DNA of 64,000 nucleotides from Bacilli bacterium. GTDB lineage: Bacteria > Bacillota_I > Bacilli_A > RF39 > UBA660. This document shows positions 1-8,759 of the stretch, in pieces. Position 1 is the first letter of the stretch; each line of letters begins with the position of its first letter. A model generated the notes under the pieces. The model searched no databases, was not told where the DNA came from, and saw only the letters and a program-made list of their open reading frames with translations. The position numbers and the translations under genes are program-made. The DNA lies in the NCBI GenBank assembly GCA_017887425.1, contig JAGHHZ010000031.1, forward strand, positions 16,019 through 80,018, given 5' to 3'.

Positions 1-1
1 A

Positions 2-520
2 GGTAATTTTGCAAGTACTAAAGTCGAAGTTAATTATATTGACTTAACAGGTATATCTTCATTTGAACAAGCTAGTATTAATAACGAACTTAGTTTTGAA
101 GATAGTATTTTACCAGATTATAAAATAAATATTACAGCTTATGATATTCAAAGTGAATATAAATTAGAATACAATTTTTGCGTAAAAAACGAGTGTTATG
201 AATCATATGAATATTTAAAACCAGAAGTAACTTCTAATTATGATAAAGCACTTCTAAAAATTAGAGGGACATTAACTAAAGAAACAAGTTTATCAGGAAT
301 ATATGATTTATATGACTTTATTGAAAAATTTGGTACTTTATCATATACCATTGACGGTGAAGAAAAATATCAATCTGTTCAATTTAAAGAAGTTGTTAGT
401 AAAAAATTAAGAGAAACAGACACTTACTATTTAGAAGTACTAGAAGAAGTAAAAGATGCTTCTAATATTTCGTTTATTTTTACAATAAGAAATAAAAATT
501 ATGAATATATTATAAAATAG
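2..520 (+). CDS. hypothetical protein, C-terminal part (ORF enters from upstream of window)
   Basis: The frame starting at position 2 is open to the TAG at 518-520, and the ORF runs in from upstream of the window. Same strand as the operon that follows. Confidence 0.4.
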   Translation, partial: GNFASTKVEVNYIDLTGISSFEQASINNELSFEDSILPDYKINITAYDIQSEYKLEYNFCVKNECYESYEYLKPEVTSNYDKALLKIRGTLTKETSLSGIYDLYDFIEKFGTLSYTIDGEEKYQSVQFKEVVSKKLRETDTYYLEVLEEVKDASNISFIFTIRNKNYEYIIK

Positions 521-570
521 TGTTTAAAAAACAATTACAATATGTTATAATTAAATAATGGAGGAGTAAA

Positions 571-1221
571 ATGAGAAAAATAATTATTGTGTTTATCTTG
601 CTATTACTTGTTCCAATTACGAAAGTTGAGGGTGCCAGGTGCAGTTATAGCGAAATGGCACGTCTTAAAAAAATTGCTGCCAATGTAAATATCAGCTATG
701 ATTATACCGTAAGAAATTCTTCTGCTATATTTACTATAAATTTAATTAACTTGAATGAAGAAATGTTTTTCATTGATCAATCTAATTATCGGCAGTATGA
801 TTACACTACTAATGAATTAAACCTATCCAATTATCAAGGTGGACAAACTATTAGATATGTGTTCTATGCTACAAATCCAGATTGTCAAGAACAACCATTA
901 TATACAATTAGAGTAGTTTTACCTACTTATAATCAATATTATGGTGATGAGGTATGTATTGGCGCTGAAGATTATAGTCTATGCCAAAAGTGGTCGAGTC
1001 ACAATCTTAACTATGATGACTTTGTAGAAAAGGTAACTGAATATAAAAATAGTTTTATTGATCCAAATGACCCTGGTGGCGAAGCCAATCCAGATGGTGT
1101 ATCAATTATACAATTGATAGTTGATTTTCTACTAGACTACTATATATATATTATTGCTGTATTGTCTCTTGTTGTAATTTTATTTTTAGCAATCAGAAAA
1201 AGAGACGACATATATAGTTAA
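571..1221 (+). CDS. secreted, C-terminally membrane-anchored Cys-containing protein, function unknown
   Basis: GGAGGAG RBS upstream. Signal-peptide-like N-terminus MRKIIIVFILLLLVPITKVEG. C-terminal TM IYIIAVLSLVVILFLAI followed by RKRDD. Confidence 0.55.
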   Translation: MRKIIIVFILLLLVPITKVEGARCSYSEMARLKKIAANVNISYDYTVRNSSAIFTINLINLNEEMFFIDQSNYRQYDYTTNELNLSNYQGGQTIRYVFYATNPDCQEQPLYTIRVVLPTYNQYYGDEVCIGAEDYSLCQKWSSHNLNYDDFVEKVTEYKNSFIDPNDPGGEANPDGVSIIQLIVDFLLDYYIYIIAVLSLVVILFLAIRKRDDIYS

Positions 1222-1235
1222 GAGGAGGTAACGTC

Positions 1236-1643
1236 GTGAAAGAATCGTTTTGGGGAACCGCTATTGTTGCAATTGGTGTGCTCGCAATATTTTTTATCTT
1301 ATTTTTTCAATCAGTAACTAATACTGACGAGCATAATTACCACCTTTTGAAAGAAGCAACAGAAGGAGCAATGTTTGACGCTTTGGATTTAGCAGCATAT
1401 CGTGAATCTGGTGTAATTAGAATCGATCGCGAAAAATTCGTTGAGAATTTCTTGAGAAGATTTGCTGAAAGTGCTGTTTTATCAAGTACTTATAAAATTG
1501 AAATCTATGATGTCAATGAAGAGCCACCTAAGGTTAGCTTGATGGTTAGCACATCAGAATCAAATAGCTTAACTGGTGAGGTTATTGAATTTGACATTGT
1601 TAATAGATTGGATGCCATTTTGGAAACGCCATATAAAGAATAG
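1236..1643 (+). CDS. small N-terminally anchored protein (possible minor-pilin/TadE-like accessory; family not recognised)
   Basis: GTG start 7 nt after AGAGGAGG. Single N-terminal hydrophobic helix GTAIVAIGVLAIFFILFF followed by about 100 soluble residues. Sits at the head of the Tad-like genes. Confidence 0.4.
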   Translation: MKESFWGTAIVAIGVLAIFFILFFQSVTNTDEHNYHLLKEATEGAMFDALDLAAYRESGVIRIDREKFVENFLRRFAESAVLSSTYKIEIYDVNEEPPKVSLMVSTSESNSLTGEVIEFDIVNRLDAILETPYKE

Positions 1644-1659
1644 GAAGGAATGAAAATTT

Positions 1660-2499
1660 ATGAATAATATTATAGTATCGTTAAAGAAATTTATTACAAA
1701 CAAAAACACTGTTACAGTTATTGGTGTAATCGTTATTTTAGGATTACTTTATTGGGGGTATAATTCTACTATTGAATCACAAGTTCAACCAGTTAGAATA
1801 CCTGTCGCTACGCAAACAATTCAGCCAAGAACTTTAATAACTGATGATATGGTTACTTATATTGAAGTACCTTCAGTATCAGTTAGCTCTAATGTCTTAA
1901 GAACTTCAAATTTAATTGTTGGAAAATATACTGATATTAATACTGTTGTTCCTGATGGAAGTATGTTCTATAATGATGTTTTAATCGACGAAGAAGATTT
2001 GCCAGATTCTGCTTTTACAGCTGTTAAAGACGGTGAAAGACCATATAGTTTAGATGTTACAGTTGCTTCAACTTATGGAAACTCAATTTTTCCAGGTAAT
2101 AAAATCGATGTCTATATGAAAGCGGTTGATGAAAATGGTTTAGTTATGATCGGAAGATTATTAGCTAAAGTTGATGTTTTAGCAGTTAAAGATAGTAGTG
2201 GTAATAACGTTTTTGAAGATACTTCTACTGAACGTACACCTGCAACATTATTATTTGGTGTACCTGAAGATGTGTTTATCTTATTAAAGAAAACAGAATA
2301 TCTAGTTACTCAAGGAGTTGAATTATTCCCAGTTCCTTATGGTGGTACTGCTCCTGTTGAAGGTGATTTAACAGTAGACCGTGAAGAATTGGTTGACTTT
2401 ATCGAAAGTAATACTGTAACATTTAGCGATTCAACAGATGACCCAAGTGATATTGTTCCAGGACAACCAACTGAAGAAAATGAAACTGGAGTTGAATAG
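1660..2499 (+). CDS. CpaB/RcpC-like pilus assembly protein (N-terminal TM + SAF-like domain)
   Basis: N-terminal TM VTVIGVIVILGLLYWGY. The segment VRIPVATQTIQPRTLITDDMVTYIEVP resembles the start of the CpaB SAF domain. Only a 2-nt gap to the ATPase gene. Confidence 0.45.
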   Translation: MNNIIVSLKKFITNKNTVTVIGVIVILGLLYWGYNSTIESQVQPVRIPVATQTIQPRTLITDDMVTYIEVPSVSVSSNVLRTSNLIVGKYTDINTVVPDGSMFYNDVLIDEEDLPDSAFTAVKDGERPYSLDVTVASTYGNSIFPGNKIDVYMKAVDENGLVMIGRLLAKVDVLAVKDSSGNNVFEDTSTERTPATLLFGVPEDVFILLKKTEYLVTQGVELFPVPYGGTAPVEGDLTVDREELVDFIESNTVTFSDSTDDPSDIVPGQPTEENETGVE

Positions 2500-2501
2500 T
2501 C

Positions 2502-3653
2502 ATGAATGATAATTTATTTTCCCAAATAGATTTCGGACCACTTGTAGAATATTTAAACAATGATGATATTACCGATATCTCTTATGGTAATAAAGGACAA
2601 ATTCATTTAAAAACTCTGTCTCAAGGTATTTTTAGAATAGAAAACCCTAACATCAATGATGCTTTTATGGAAAAATTAGCTTTCCAATGCTCTAACGTTA
2701 TGGGAAAATCTTTTAACGCTGCTCACCCATTTCTCGACTCAGAAAGTGCCGAGTTACGTATGAATTTTATTCACGATTCAGTTGCTAGTAACGGAATTGC
2801 TTGTGTTATTCGTAAAACACCAGCTAAAATTAGATTAGAGAAGGATAAAATCATTGCTGATAAATATATTACTGTAGATGTCCATGATTTTCTTGTTCAA
2901 TGTGTTTTAGCCCACTGTAATATTATGGTATGCGGGGAAACTGGTTCTGGTAAAACAGAGTTTGTTAAATATTTAGCTTCTAAAACAAAAGCAGAAGAAA
3001 AAATAATAACAATTGAGGATACTTTGGAGTTGCACTTAGACCGAATTTTCCCACATCGTGATATTGTTGCTATGAAAACTAATAATGTTGCTTCATATAG
3101 TGATGTTTTAGTTGCTTGCATGCGTCAAAACCCTAAATGGATATTACTATCCGAGGTTCGTAGCGCTGAAGCTGTTATGGCTGTCCGTAACTCTATTTCA
3201 TCAGGACATTATATTTTATCAACTATCCATGCTGATAAAGCGGCATCTATTCCGAACCGTATGTACAGCTTACTAGAAACTAATCAAGAAATTGATCAGT
3301 TCTTAAAATCTATTTATCGTTATGTTCAATTAGGTGTTTTGATTAGAGGTCGTCAGGATCGTGAAACAAAGCGTTTTATTCGTGAAGTTGGTGAAGTAAC
3401 AGAATTTTATGTTACTGAAGATAATGAAGCCAAATACAACACTATCTATCGTAAAACACCAGAAGGACAAATCTATCGGAAAAATCCTAGTAAGTATTTA
3501 ATTGATTATATTGAAGGACAAGGTGTTAGTCTTCCAGAAGGATTTATTAATCCAGCCTTTGATGAGAAGCCGACAAATACACAATCTAATGTCCAACCTA
3601 CTGCCACAGTAAATCCTACTGTTCAACCAGTAGTTCAAACTGCTACAGCTTAA
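2502..3653 (+). CDS. secretion ATPase of the TadA/CpaF-VirB11 (T2SS-E) superfamily
   Basis: Walker A VCGETGSGKTEF. ITIEDTLEL and MRQNPKWILLSEVR motifs, plus the His-box-like ILSTIHA, all typical of this family. Confidence 0.85.
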   Translation: MNDNLFSQIDFGPLVEYLNNDDITDISYGNKGQIHLKTLSQGIFRIENPNINDAFMEKLAFQCSNVMGKSFNAAHPFLDSESAELRMNFIHDSVASNGIACVIRKTPAKIRLEKDKIIADKYITVDVHDFLVQCVLAHCNIMVCGETGSGKTEFVKYLASKTKAEEKIITIEDTLELHLDRIFPHRDIVAMKTNNVASYSDVLVACMRQNPKWILLSEVRSAEAVMAVRNSISSGHYILSTIHADKAASIPNRMYSLLETNQEIDQFLKSIYRYVQLGVLIRGRQDRETKRFIREVGEVTEFYVTEDNEAKYNTIYRKTPEGQIYRKNPSKYLIDYIEGQGVSLPEGFINPAFDEKPTNTQSNVQPTATVNPTVQPVVQTATA

Positions 3654-3679
3654 TTTTTTAGAATAGAAGGAGGTATAAT

Positions 3680-4582
3680 ATGTCTACCACGATTTTTGTC
3701 ATAATCGCAATCATTCTTTTGTTTATTTTCGTCTATCGTATTAATACTGGCGAAAATGTTTATAAATATATTACGAATCGTGTTTCGACAATTTATGAAC
3801 GATACGCACCTTATTCTTTTAAAATCGTTCGAGAAAAAGTTAAAGAATTAGGTCAAGAATATACTCCACGTCAATATGCTATTCAAATTTCAATATTTGC
3901 GGTTGCTTCCGCTGTTGTTTCTTATTTGTACTTTTATAATCTAGTTTGGTGTATTGTCTATATTTTAGCATCTGTCTTAATAATTCCTTATTTAGCTTAT
4001 TTAAGATGTAAACGTTTATATAGTGAGTTTATATTTGAACAAATTCAAGTTTACACGACTAATACTATTATGGAATTTGCTACAACTCAAAGTTTCGTTA
4101 AGTCTTTAGAAGGTGTTTATGAATCTGGAGTTTTAGAGGATCCTGTTAAAAGTGATGTTAAGACAATGATCGATATGGCGTATCGTAATGGTACAATTAA
4201 TGAATCAATCGATTTTATGAATGAAAAATATGATTATTATATTGTTCGAAATATGCATCAATTGTTTTTACAAATTACTAACGAAGGTGCTCGTGATGCA
4301 TCCGAGTCATTAGAAAATATGTCATTGGATATCGACATGCTTGTTGAAGGTGTATATCGTGACCGTATCGATCGTGCTACCTTCCATAAAAAATTTTTAC
4401 AATTTGGAATTGTCTTATATTTAATGGTTATGCTGGTTCAATTTTTGTTAGGAACTGAAACTTATATTGAAATGCTAAAAATATGGTATGTTCAAGTTTT
4501 ATTACATTTAATCGTTATTATTAACACATACTTCTTATTAGCAGGTGAAAAATTTTATAATGAGAATGTGGGGGCTGAATAA
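3680..4582 (+). CDS. TadB-like platform membrane protein (T2SS-F-like topology)
   Basis: 300 aa. N-terminal TM, a TM pair, a roughly 130-aa soluble segment, then C-terminal TMs. Lies immediately after the ATPase. Its stop overlaps the next start (ATAATG). Confidence 0.45.
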   Translation: MSTTIFVIIAIILLFIFVYRINTGENVYKYITNRVSTIYERYAPYSFKIVREKVKELGQEYTPRQYAIQISIFAVASAVVSYLYFYNLVWCIVYILASVLIIPYLAYLRCKRLYSEFIFEQIQVYTTNTIMEFATTQSFVKSLEGVYESGVLEDPVKSDVKTMIDMAYRNGTINESIDFMNEKYDYYIVRNMHQLFLQITNEGARDASESLENMSLDIDMLVEGVYRDRIDRATFHKKFLQFGIVLYLMVMLVQFLLGTETYIEMLKIWYVQVLLHLIVIINTYFLLAGEKFYNENVGAE

Positions 4583-5364
4583 TGATATTTTTAATTATTA
4601 CTGTTATCGTATTCTTTATTATAATTTATAATAAAATAATTGAACCAAACCAATTTATCAAAGATACTCAAGGTATATTTAAGTTTTTAATCGAATCAGA
4701 TTATGAGTTTTTATTAAAATTAAAATATGGTACTGATGTTGATGTCAGCAAGATGTTTGGACAAAGAGTTAGAAATGGATTAATTGCAATGGTGGCAATG
4801 TTCTTCTTATTTCTCTCACAAATGCAATTCGTTTATGTATTATTTTGTGTAATTATAGGATTTGTAGTTTTCAAACAACCTTATTCTTCTTTAAGATCTT
4901 ATTATAAAAGAAATTTACATCATATCAATTTAATGTTACCATATTATCTAAAAAGTTTAGAGATTTTAGTTCAACACTATACTGTTCCAGTTGCCTTGTC
5001 CCGTTCTATCGAACAAGCGCCTGAAATATTCAAACCGGGATTAAGAAGTTTAGTTTCTAAAATTGAAGCAGGTGATATGACTGTTGATCCATATATGGAT
5101 TTTGCTAAAGAATATCCTGTTCGTGATTCAATGCGTATGATGCGTTTATTGTATCGTTTGAGTTTAGGTAATCAAGACAAAAAGCAAGAACAATTATTGA
5201 TGTTCTCTAGAACTGTATCAAACTTACAAAATAAATCTCGTGAACAAAAATATGCTGAAAGATTATCCGCTATGGAACAAAGAACGATGGTTATGTTATT
5301 TGTTACTGGTGGTGGAATCATGTTATTAATGTTATTATCAATGATGATGATGATGAATTATTGA
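4582..5364 (+). CDS. TadC-like platform membrane protein (T2SS-F-like topology)
   Basis: 260 aa with similar TM-soluble-TM organisation. Translationally coupled to the preceding ORF. Confidence 0.45.
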   Translation: MIFLIITVIVFFIIIYNKIIEPNQFIKDTQGIFKFLIESDYEFLLKLKYGTDVDVSKMFGQRVRNGLIAMVAMFFLFLSQMQFVYVLFCVIIGFVVFKQPYSSLRSYYKRNLHHINLMLPYYLKSLEILVQHYTVPVALSRSIEQAPEIFKPGLRSLVSKIEAGDMTVDPYMDFAKEYPVRDSMRMMRLLYRLSLGNQDKKQEQLLMFSRTVSNLQNKSREQKYAERLSAMEQRTMVMLFVTGGGIMLLMLLSMMMMMNY

Positions 5365-5412
5365 TAAAATATAAGAAATGTGTTATACTAATGAAAGTAA
5401 GGTGGTGATAAG

Positions 5413-5673
5413 ATGAAAGAAGCTGCTGGAGAAGCAAATATGACAGTTATTACTATTATCCTAATTGGTATTATTGCTGCAATCGCTATTCCTCTTGTTA
5501 ATAATGCCATGAGTAGTTCCGCTAAACAAGGATGTTGTACTAACCTAGGATATCAATGGAATGGTGGAAAATGTTACCAAATTAATTCCGATGGTACAAG
5601 AGGTGGTGAAGTAGCAGAAGCTTCATATTGGAATGAAGCCAATAAAACTTGTACTAGTGATATAAGCGGTTAG
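5413..5673 (+). CDS. pilin-like small protein
   Basis: AAGGTGGTGA RBS. Short polar leader MKEAAG followed by the hydrophobic helix ITIILIGIIAAIAIPLV, which resembles the GILAAIAIP core of type IV pilins. The C-terminal part carries 4 Cys. Confidence 0.5.
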   Translation: MKEAAGEANMTVITIILIGIIAAIAIPLVNNAMSSSAKQGCCTNLGYQWNGGKCYQINSDGTRGGEVAEASYWNEANKTCTSDISG

Positions 5674-5701
5674 TTATGATTTGATTCGAGGTGATTTATA
5701 A

Positions 5702-6133
5702 ATGCGAACGCCAATAGCTTATACTTTTATTTTTAATTTAATGATTATTTTTATTTTAATAGTTTTTGCTTTTATGGCTGGAACAATGAGCTATTATAAA
5801 GCGTTTAAAGTAAATAATAGAATAGTTCATTCAATCGAAAAATTTGAGGGTTTTAACAGTGATTCTCAGTTGGAAATAGAAATATTTCTTGGAAGTATGA
5901 GTTATAAAAGTGGCGGCAAGAGATGCGCAGAAACATATAAAGGAATGACTTTAGTTCATGAAGGAGTTACTTATAGTTATTGCATTTATATTGATCCAGA
6001 GAATCCTAAATCAGGTGAGTATTATAATTATGGTGTCTTAACTTATATGTCTATTGATTTCCCTTTACTTAATGTGGTTAACTTTCCAGTATTTACAAGA
6101 ACAAATGAGATATATAAGTTTACAAACACTTAA
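5702..6133 (+). CDS. N-anchored small protein, paralogue of 6400-6831 (pseudopilin/TadE-like candidate)
   Basis: 143 aa, N-terminal TM. Shares blocks with 6400-6831: YYKAFKVNNRIVHSIEKFEG vs YSKGFKVRNRIIDIVEKHEG; YSYCIYI vs YDYCIYQ; GEYYNYGV vs GEYYGVTV. Confidence 0.4.
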   Translation: MRTPIAYTFIFNLMIIFILIVFAFMAGTMSYYKAFKVNNRIVHSIEKFEGFNSDSQLEIEIFLGSMSYKSGGKRCAETYKGMTLVHEGVTYSYCIYIDPENPKSGEYYNYGVLTYMSIDFPLLNVVNFPVFTRTNEIYKFTNT

Positions 6134-6187
6134 AAGTGATAGTGTTGGCAAAGCCAAAACTAGTCCTAAACGAGTATTTACATGGAT

Positions 6188-6209
6188 GGTCAAATCGAAA
6201 GATTTGACC
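6188..6209 (+). terminator. hairpin GGTCAAATC-GAAA-GATTTGACC (candidate terminator or processing site)
   Basis: Perfect 9-bp stem with a GAAA loop, 55 nt after the stop at 6133. The trailing T tract is weak (CTTCTTT). Confidence 0.35.
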
Positions 6210-6344
6210 CTTCTTTAATTATATTTATAAATATTCCGTATTCGAAAACAACAATAGTATTTTTACTTTCTTATCTATTATAGAATAAAAAATATTTAAG
6301 AAGCATTTTATTGCTTTTTATTTTTTAAACTTTACACTTTTTTC

Positions 6345-6373
6345 TTGTCGTATTTTTTAAAATATAGTATAAT
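6345..6373 (+). promoter_or_regulatory. sigma-A-type promoter TTGTCG-17-TATAAT
   Basis: -35 at 6345-6350 and -10 at 6368-6373, with a 17-nt spacer. Lies about 27 nt upstream of the GTG at 6400. Confidence 0.5.
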
Positions 6374-6399
6374 TAATATAGAGTAAGGAGGGACGAGTT

Positions 6400-6831
6400 G
6401 TGAGGGAAGCATTAGGAAGTTCAATGTTATTCAACATTATTATGGTTTTTACGGCAGTTTTTATCGCTCTTTTAATAGGTTCCTTGGCTTATTCAAAAGG
6501 TTTCAAAGTGCGTAATAGAATTATTGATATTGTTGAAAAACATGAAGGTTATACTCAAGAAGCTGTTGAAGAAATTAATGAGAATTTGGCTACAATCGGT
6601 TATAAGATTGTTGGTGATGACCAACGTTGCCGTCCTCACAATGGAATATCTGCCATGAATAATAATAGTCCTTATGACTATTGCATTTATCAATATACGA
6701 CTAGCAAAGGTGAATATTATGGTGTAACAGTTTATATTCACTTTGATATTCCTATTGTTGGCTATTTTTTAAATTTTCCTTTATATGGTGAGACTAGAAT
6801 TTTATTTGATAAAAATGAGGTGGAAGGATAA
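6400..6831 (+). CDS. N-anchored small protein, paralogue of 5702-6133
   Basis: GTG start after GGAGGG. Same length (143 aa) and same conserved blocks as 5702-6133. Confidence 0.4.
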   Translation: MREALGSSMLFNIIMVFTAVFIALLIGSLAYSKGFKVRNRIIDIVEKHEGYTQEAVEEINENLATIGYKIVGDDQRCRPHNGISAMNNNSPYDYCIYQYTTSKGEYYGVTVYIHFDIPIVGYFLNFPLYGETRILFDKNEVEG

Positions 6832-7820
6832 TGAATGTAATAATTGCAAATCAAAAAAAAGAATTATTGTCAACCTTGAATATTGATGTAATCAAGACCG
6901 TTGAAGGACAATATGAAGTTGATGAATTAGTTAACATGTTTAAAAATTTCTATTATCAGAGAATGATTTTAGATATTACAGCATTAAAAGATTATGGTGA
7001 CATAAAAACCTTACAAAAACTATCTATTTCGTTAGATATGGATAAATTAATCTTATTATTAGATGATAGCGAAGAATCATCAACGCCAGGATATCTTTCA
7101 AAATTAATTTCAATGGGTATTTATAACTTTACTCGTAATATTGAAGGAATTATGTATCTATATAATAATCCTAATAGTTATCGAGATGTTGCCCAATATC
7201 ATCAAATAGACAATCAAGGCAGTGAACAAATTATTTATCAAGGTGTCGAAGCTAATTATTGCCGAATAATTGGCGTTAAAAATGTTACTGAAGAATCAGG
7301 GGCAACAACTTTTTGCTACATGATGGTAAAACAATTAAAAAGAAATTACAATGTTATTGGTGTCGAGGTTGATTCTAGCGATTTTAATTATTTTAATGAT
7401 AAATCATTACATAGTGTTAATAGTCGTGATTTGGGACATTTTATCGAGAGAAACAACGATAAAGATGTTATTATAATTGATGTTAATAAAAGTCCGACAG
7501 CGATGGGGTTAGTTCAAGAAATTATTTATTTAGTTGAACCATCGGTTATCAAACTAAATAAATTAATGAATATTAAAAGAAACGCATTTAAAGAATTGGC
7601 AGGAAGAAAAGTTATTTTAAATCAAAGTCTCCTAAGTTCTAAGGATGTTTTAGAACTTCAATATGAAGCAAGAGCTAAATTTTTCTTTAATATGCCACCT
7701 CTTAATGAAAGAGATTCAAATATTATGATTATGGATACATTTTTAGCTAAAATGGGCTTCTTAAGACAGCAAAGTGAAGTAGAAGAAGAAAAAAGAAAGA
7801 AAATATTTGGATTATTTTAG
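6831..7820 (+). CDS. TadZ/CpaE-like protein (receiver-like N-domain + ParA/MinD-like domain with degenerate P-loop)
   Basis: The start overlaps the previous stop (TAATG). The N-terminal ~80 aa look receiver-like. IIGVKNVTEESGATTFCY occupies the position of KGGVGKTT, and DVIIIDV plays the Walker-B-like role. Confidence 0.45.
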   Translation: MNVIIANQKKELLSTLNIDVIKTVEGQYEVDELVNMFKNFYYQRMILDITALKDYGDIKTLQKLSISLDMDKLILLLDDSEESSTPGYLSKLISMGIYNFTRNIEGIMYLYNNPNSYRDVAQYHQIDNQGSEQIIYQGVEANYCRIIGVKNVTEESGATTFCYMMVKQLKRNYNVIGVEVDSSDFNYFNDKSLHSVNSRDLGHFIERNNDKDVIIIDVNKSPTAMGLVQEIIYLVEPSVIKLNKLMNIKRNAFKELAGRKVILNQSLLSSKDVLELQYEARAKFFFNMPPLNERDSNIMIMDTFLAKMGFLRQQSEVEEEKRKKIFGLF

Positions 7821-7829
7821 GTGAGTGCA

Positions 7830-8261
7830 ATGAAAAAGATATTAATTGTTTGCTTGTTATTCTTTGTGCTTTTTAATATAGATGTAGTCAATGCTGAAGA
7901 AGCTTTACTACAAGGAAGTAATACTTATGCTAAAATAGTTTGTGGTGATACAGATGTTCCTTATGTTGCTGCTCAAATTACCACTACTGTTATAAATATT
8001 TTAAAAATAGTAACGCCCATAATAATTATAATTTTTGGTATGATTGATTTAGTAAAAGCGGTAGTTGCTCAAAAAGAAGATGACATCAAGAAAGGAAGTA
8101 GTACGTTTCTTAAACGAGTATTACTCGGAGCATTTGTATTTTTAGTATTTGTTTTTGTTGAAGTTATTATTGGCTTAGTGGCCCCTAAAAACGAAAATAC
8201 TAATATGTGGAATTGTGTCGATTGCTTTGTCAATGGCAATTGTTCAAGTATTATGAAATAA
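7830..8261 (+). CDS. VirB2/TrbC-like small membrane protein with signal peptide and Cys-rich C-terminus
   Basis: ATG after TAGGTGAG (the GTG at 7821 lies inside the RBS). Signal peptide MKKILIVCLLFFVLFNIDVVNA. Two-helix hairpin core IVTPIIIIIFGMIDLVKAVVAQKEDDIKKG...LLGAFVFLVFVFVEVIIGLV. The tail is WNCVDCFVNGNC. Confidence 0.45.
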   Translation: MKKILIVCLLFFVLFNIDVVNAEEALLQGSNTYAKIVCGDTDVPYVAAQITTTVINILKIVTPIIIIIFGMIDLVKAVVAQKEDDIKKGSSTFLKRVLLGAFVFLVFVFVEVIIGLVAPKNENTNMWNCVDCFVNGNCSSIMK

Positions 8262-8290
8262 TTGACAAAATATTTAATTTGTAGTATTAT
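8262..8290 (+). promoter_or_regulatory. consensus sigma-A promoter TTGACA-17-TATTAT
   Basis: -35 at 8262-8267 and -10 at 8285-8290. Begins directly after the stop codon at 8259-8261. Confidence 0.55.
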
Positions 8291-8314
8291 TAATTTTAGG
8301 TGAGGAGGATTTAT

Positions 8315-8656
8315 ATGTTTATATTAGATGTCACTTGTGGTGGCGGAACATTAGTAATGGATGAGATGATACCAAGTTTAGTTTCAACAGCTATTGATCT
8401 TATTAAAATCGTTGTACCAATTTTATTAGTTGTTTTTGGTATGTTAGACTTAGGTAAAGCTGTAATGGCTCAAAAAGAAGATGAAATCAAAAAAGGACAA
8501 CAAACATTCGTTAAGAGATTAATTGCTGCTGTTATTGTATTCTTAGTAGTATTTGTTGTTGAAATAGCTATCGGTTTAGTAGCACCTAGAGATAGTAATG
8601 AAAATGTTTGGGGTTGCTTCAACTGTCTTGTTAATAATGAATGCGATCCAGCATAA
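8315..8656 (+). CDS. VirB2/TrbC-like small membrane protein, paralogue of 7830-8261, no obvious signal peptide
   Basis: ATG at 8315 after AGGTGAGGAGG (the track start at 8300 is a GTG inside the RBS). Core IVVPILLVVFGMLDLGKAVMAQKEDEIKKG...LIAAVIVFLVVFVVEIAIGLV. The tail is WGCFNCLVNNEC. Confidence 0.45.
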   Translation: MFILDVTCGGGTLVMDEMIPSLVSTAIDLIKIVVPILLVVFGMLDLGKAVMAQKEDEIKKGQQTFVKRLIAAVIVFLVVFVVEIAIGLVAPRDSNENVWGCFNCLVNNECDPA

Positions 8657-8670
8657 TTTAAAAATAAAAA

Positions 8671-8706
8671 AAGATAAGATAAATCTATTTATTATCTTTT
8701 TTTTTT
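8671..8706 (+). terminator. intrinsic terminator (AT-rich imperfect hairpin + T10)
   Basis: AAGATAAGATAAAT..ATTTATTATCTT pairs with one bulge and is followed by ten T residues. Confidence 0.5.
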
Positions 8707-8707
8707 A

Positions 8708-8716
8708 TGTTATAAT
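8708..8716 (+). promoter_or_regulatory. extended -10 element TGtTATAAT
   Basis: TG at 8708-8709 and TATAAT at 8711-8716, about 44 nt upstream of the ATG at 8760. No clear -35. Confidence 0.35.
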
Positions 8717-8759
8717 GTAGTATGAGAAATGATATTTAAAATGATGGGAGCAAAAGAAT

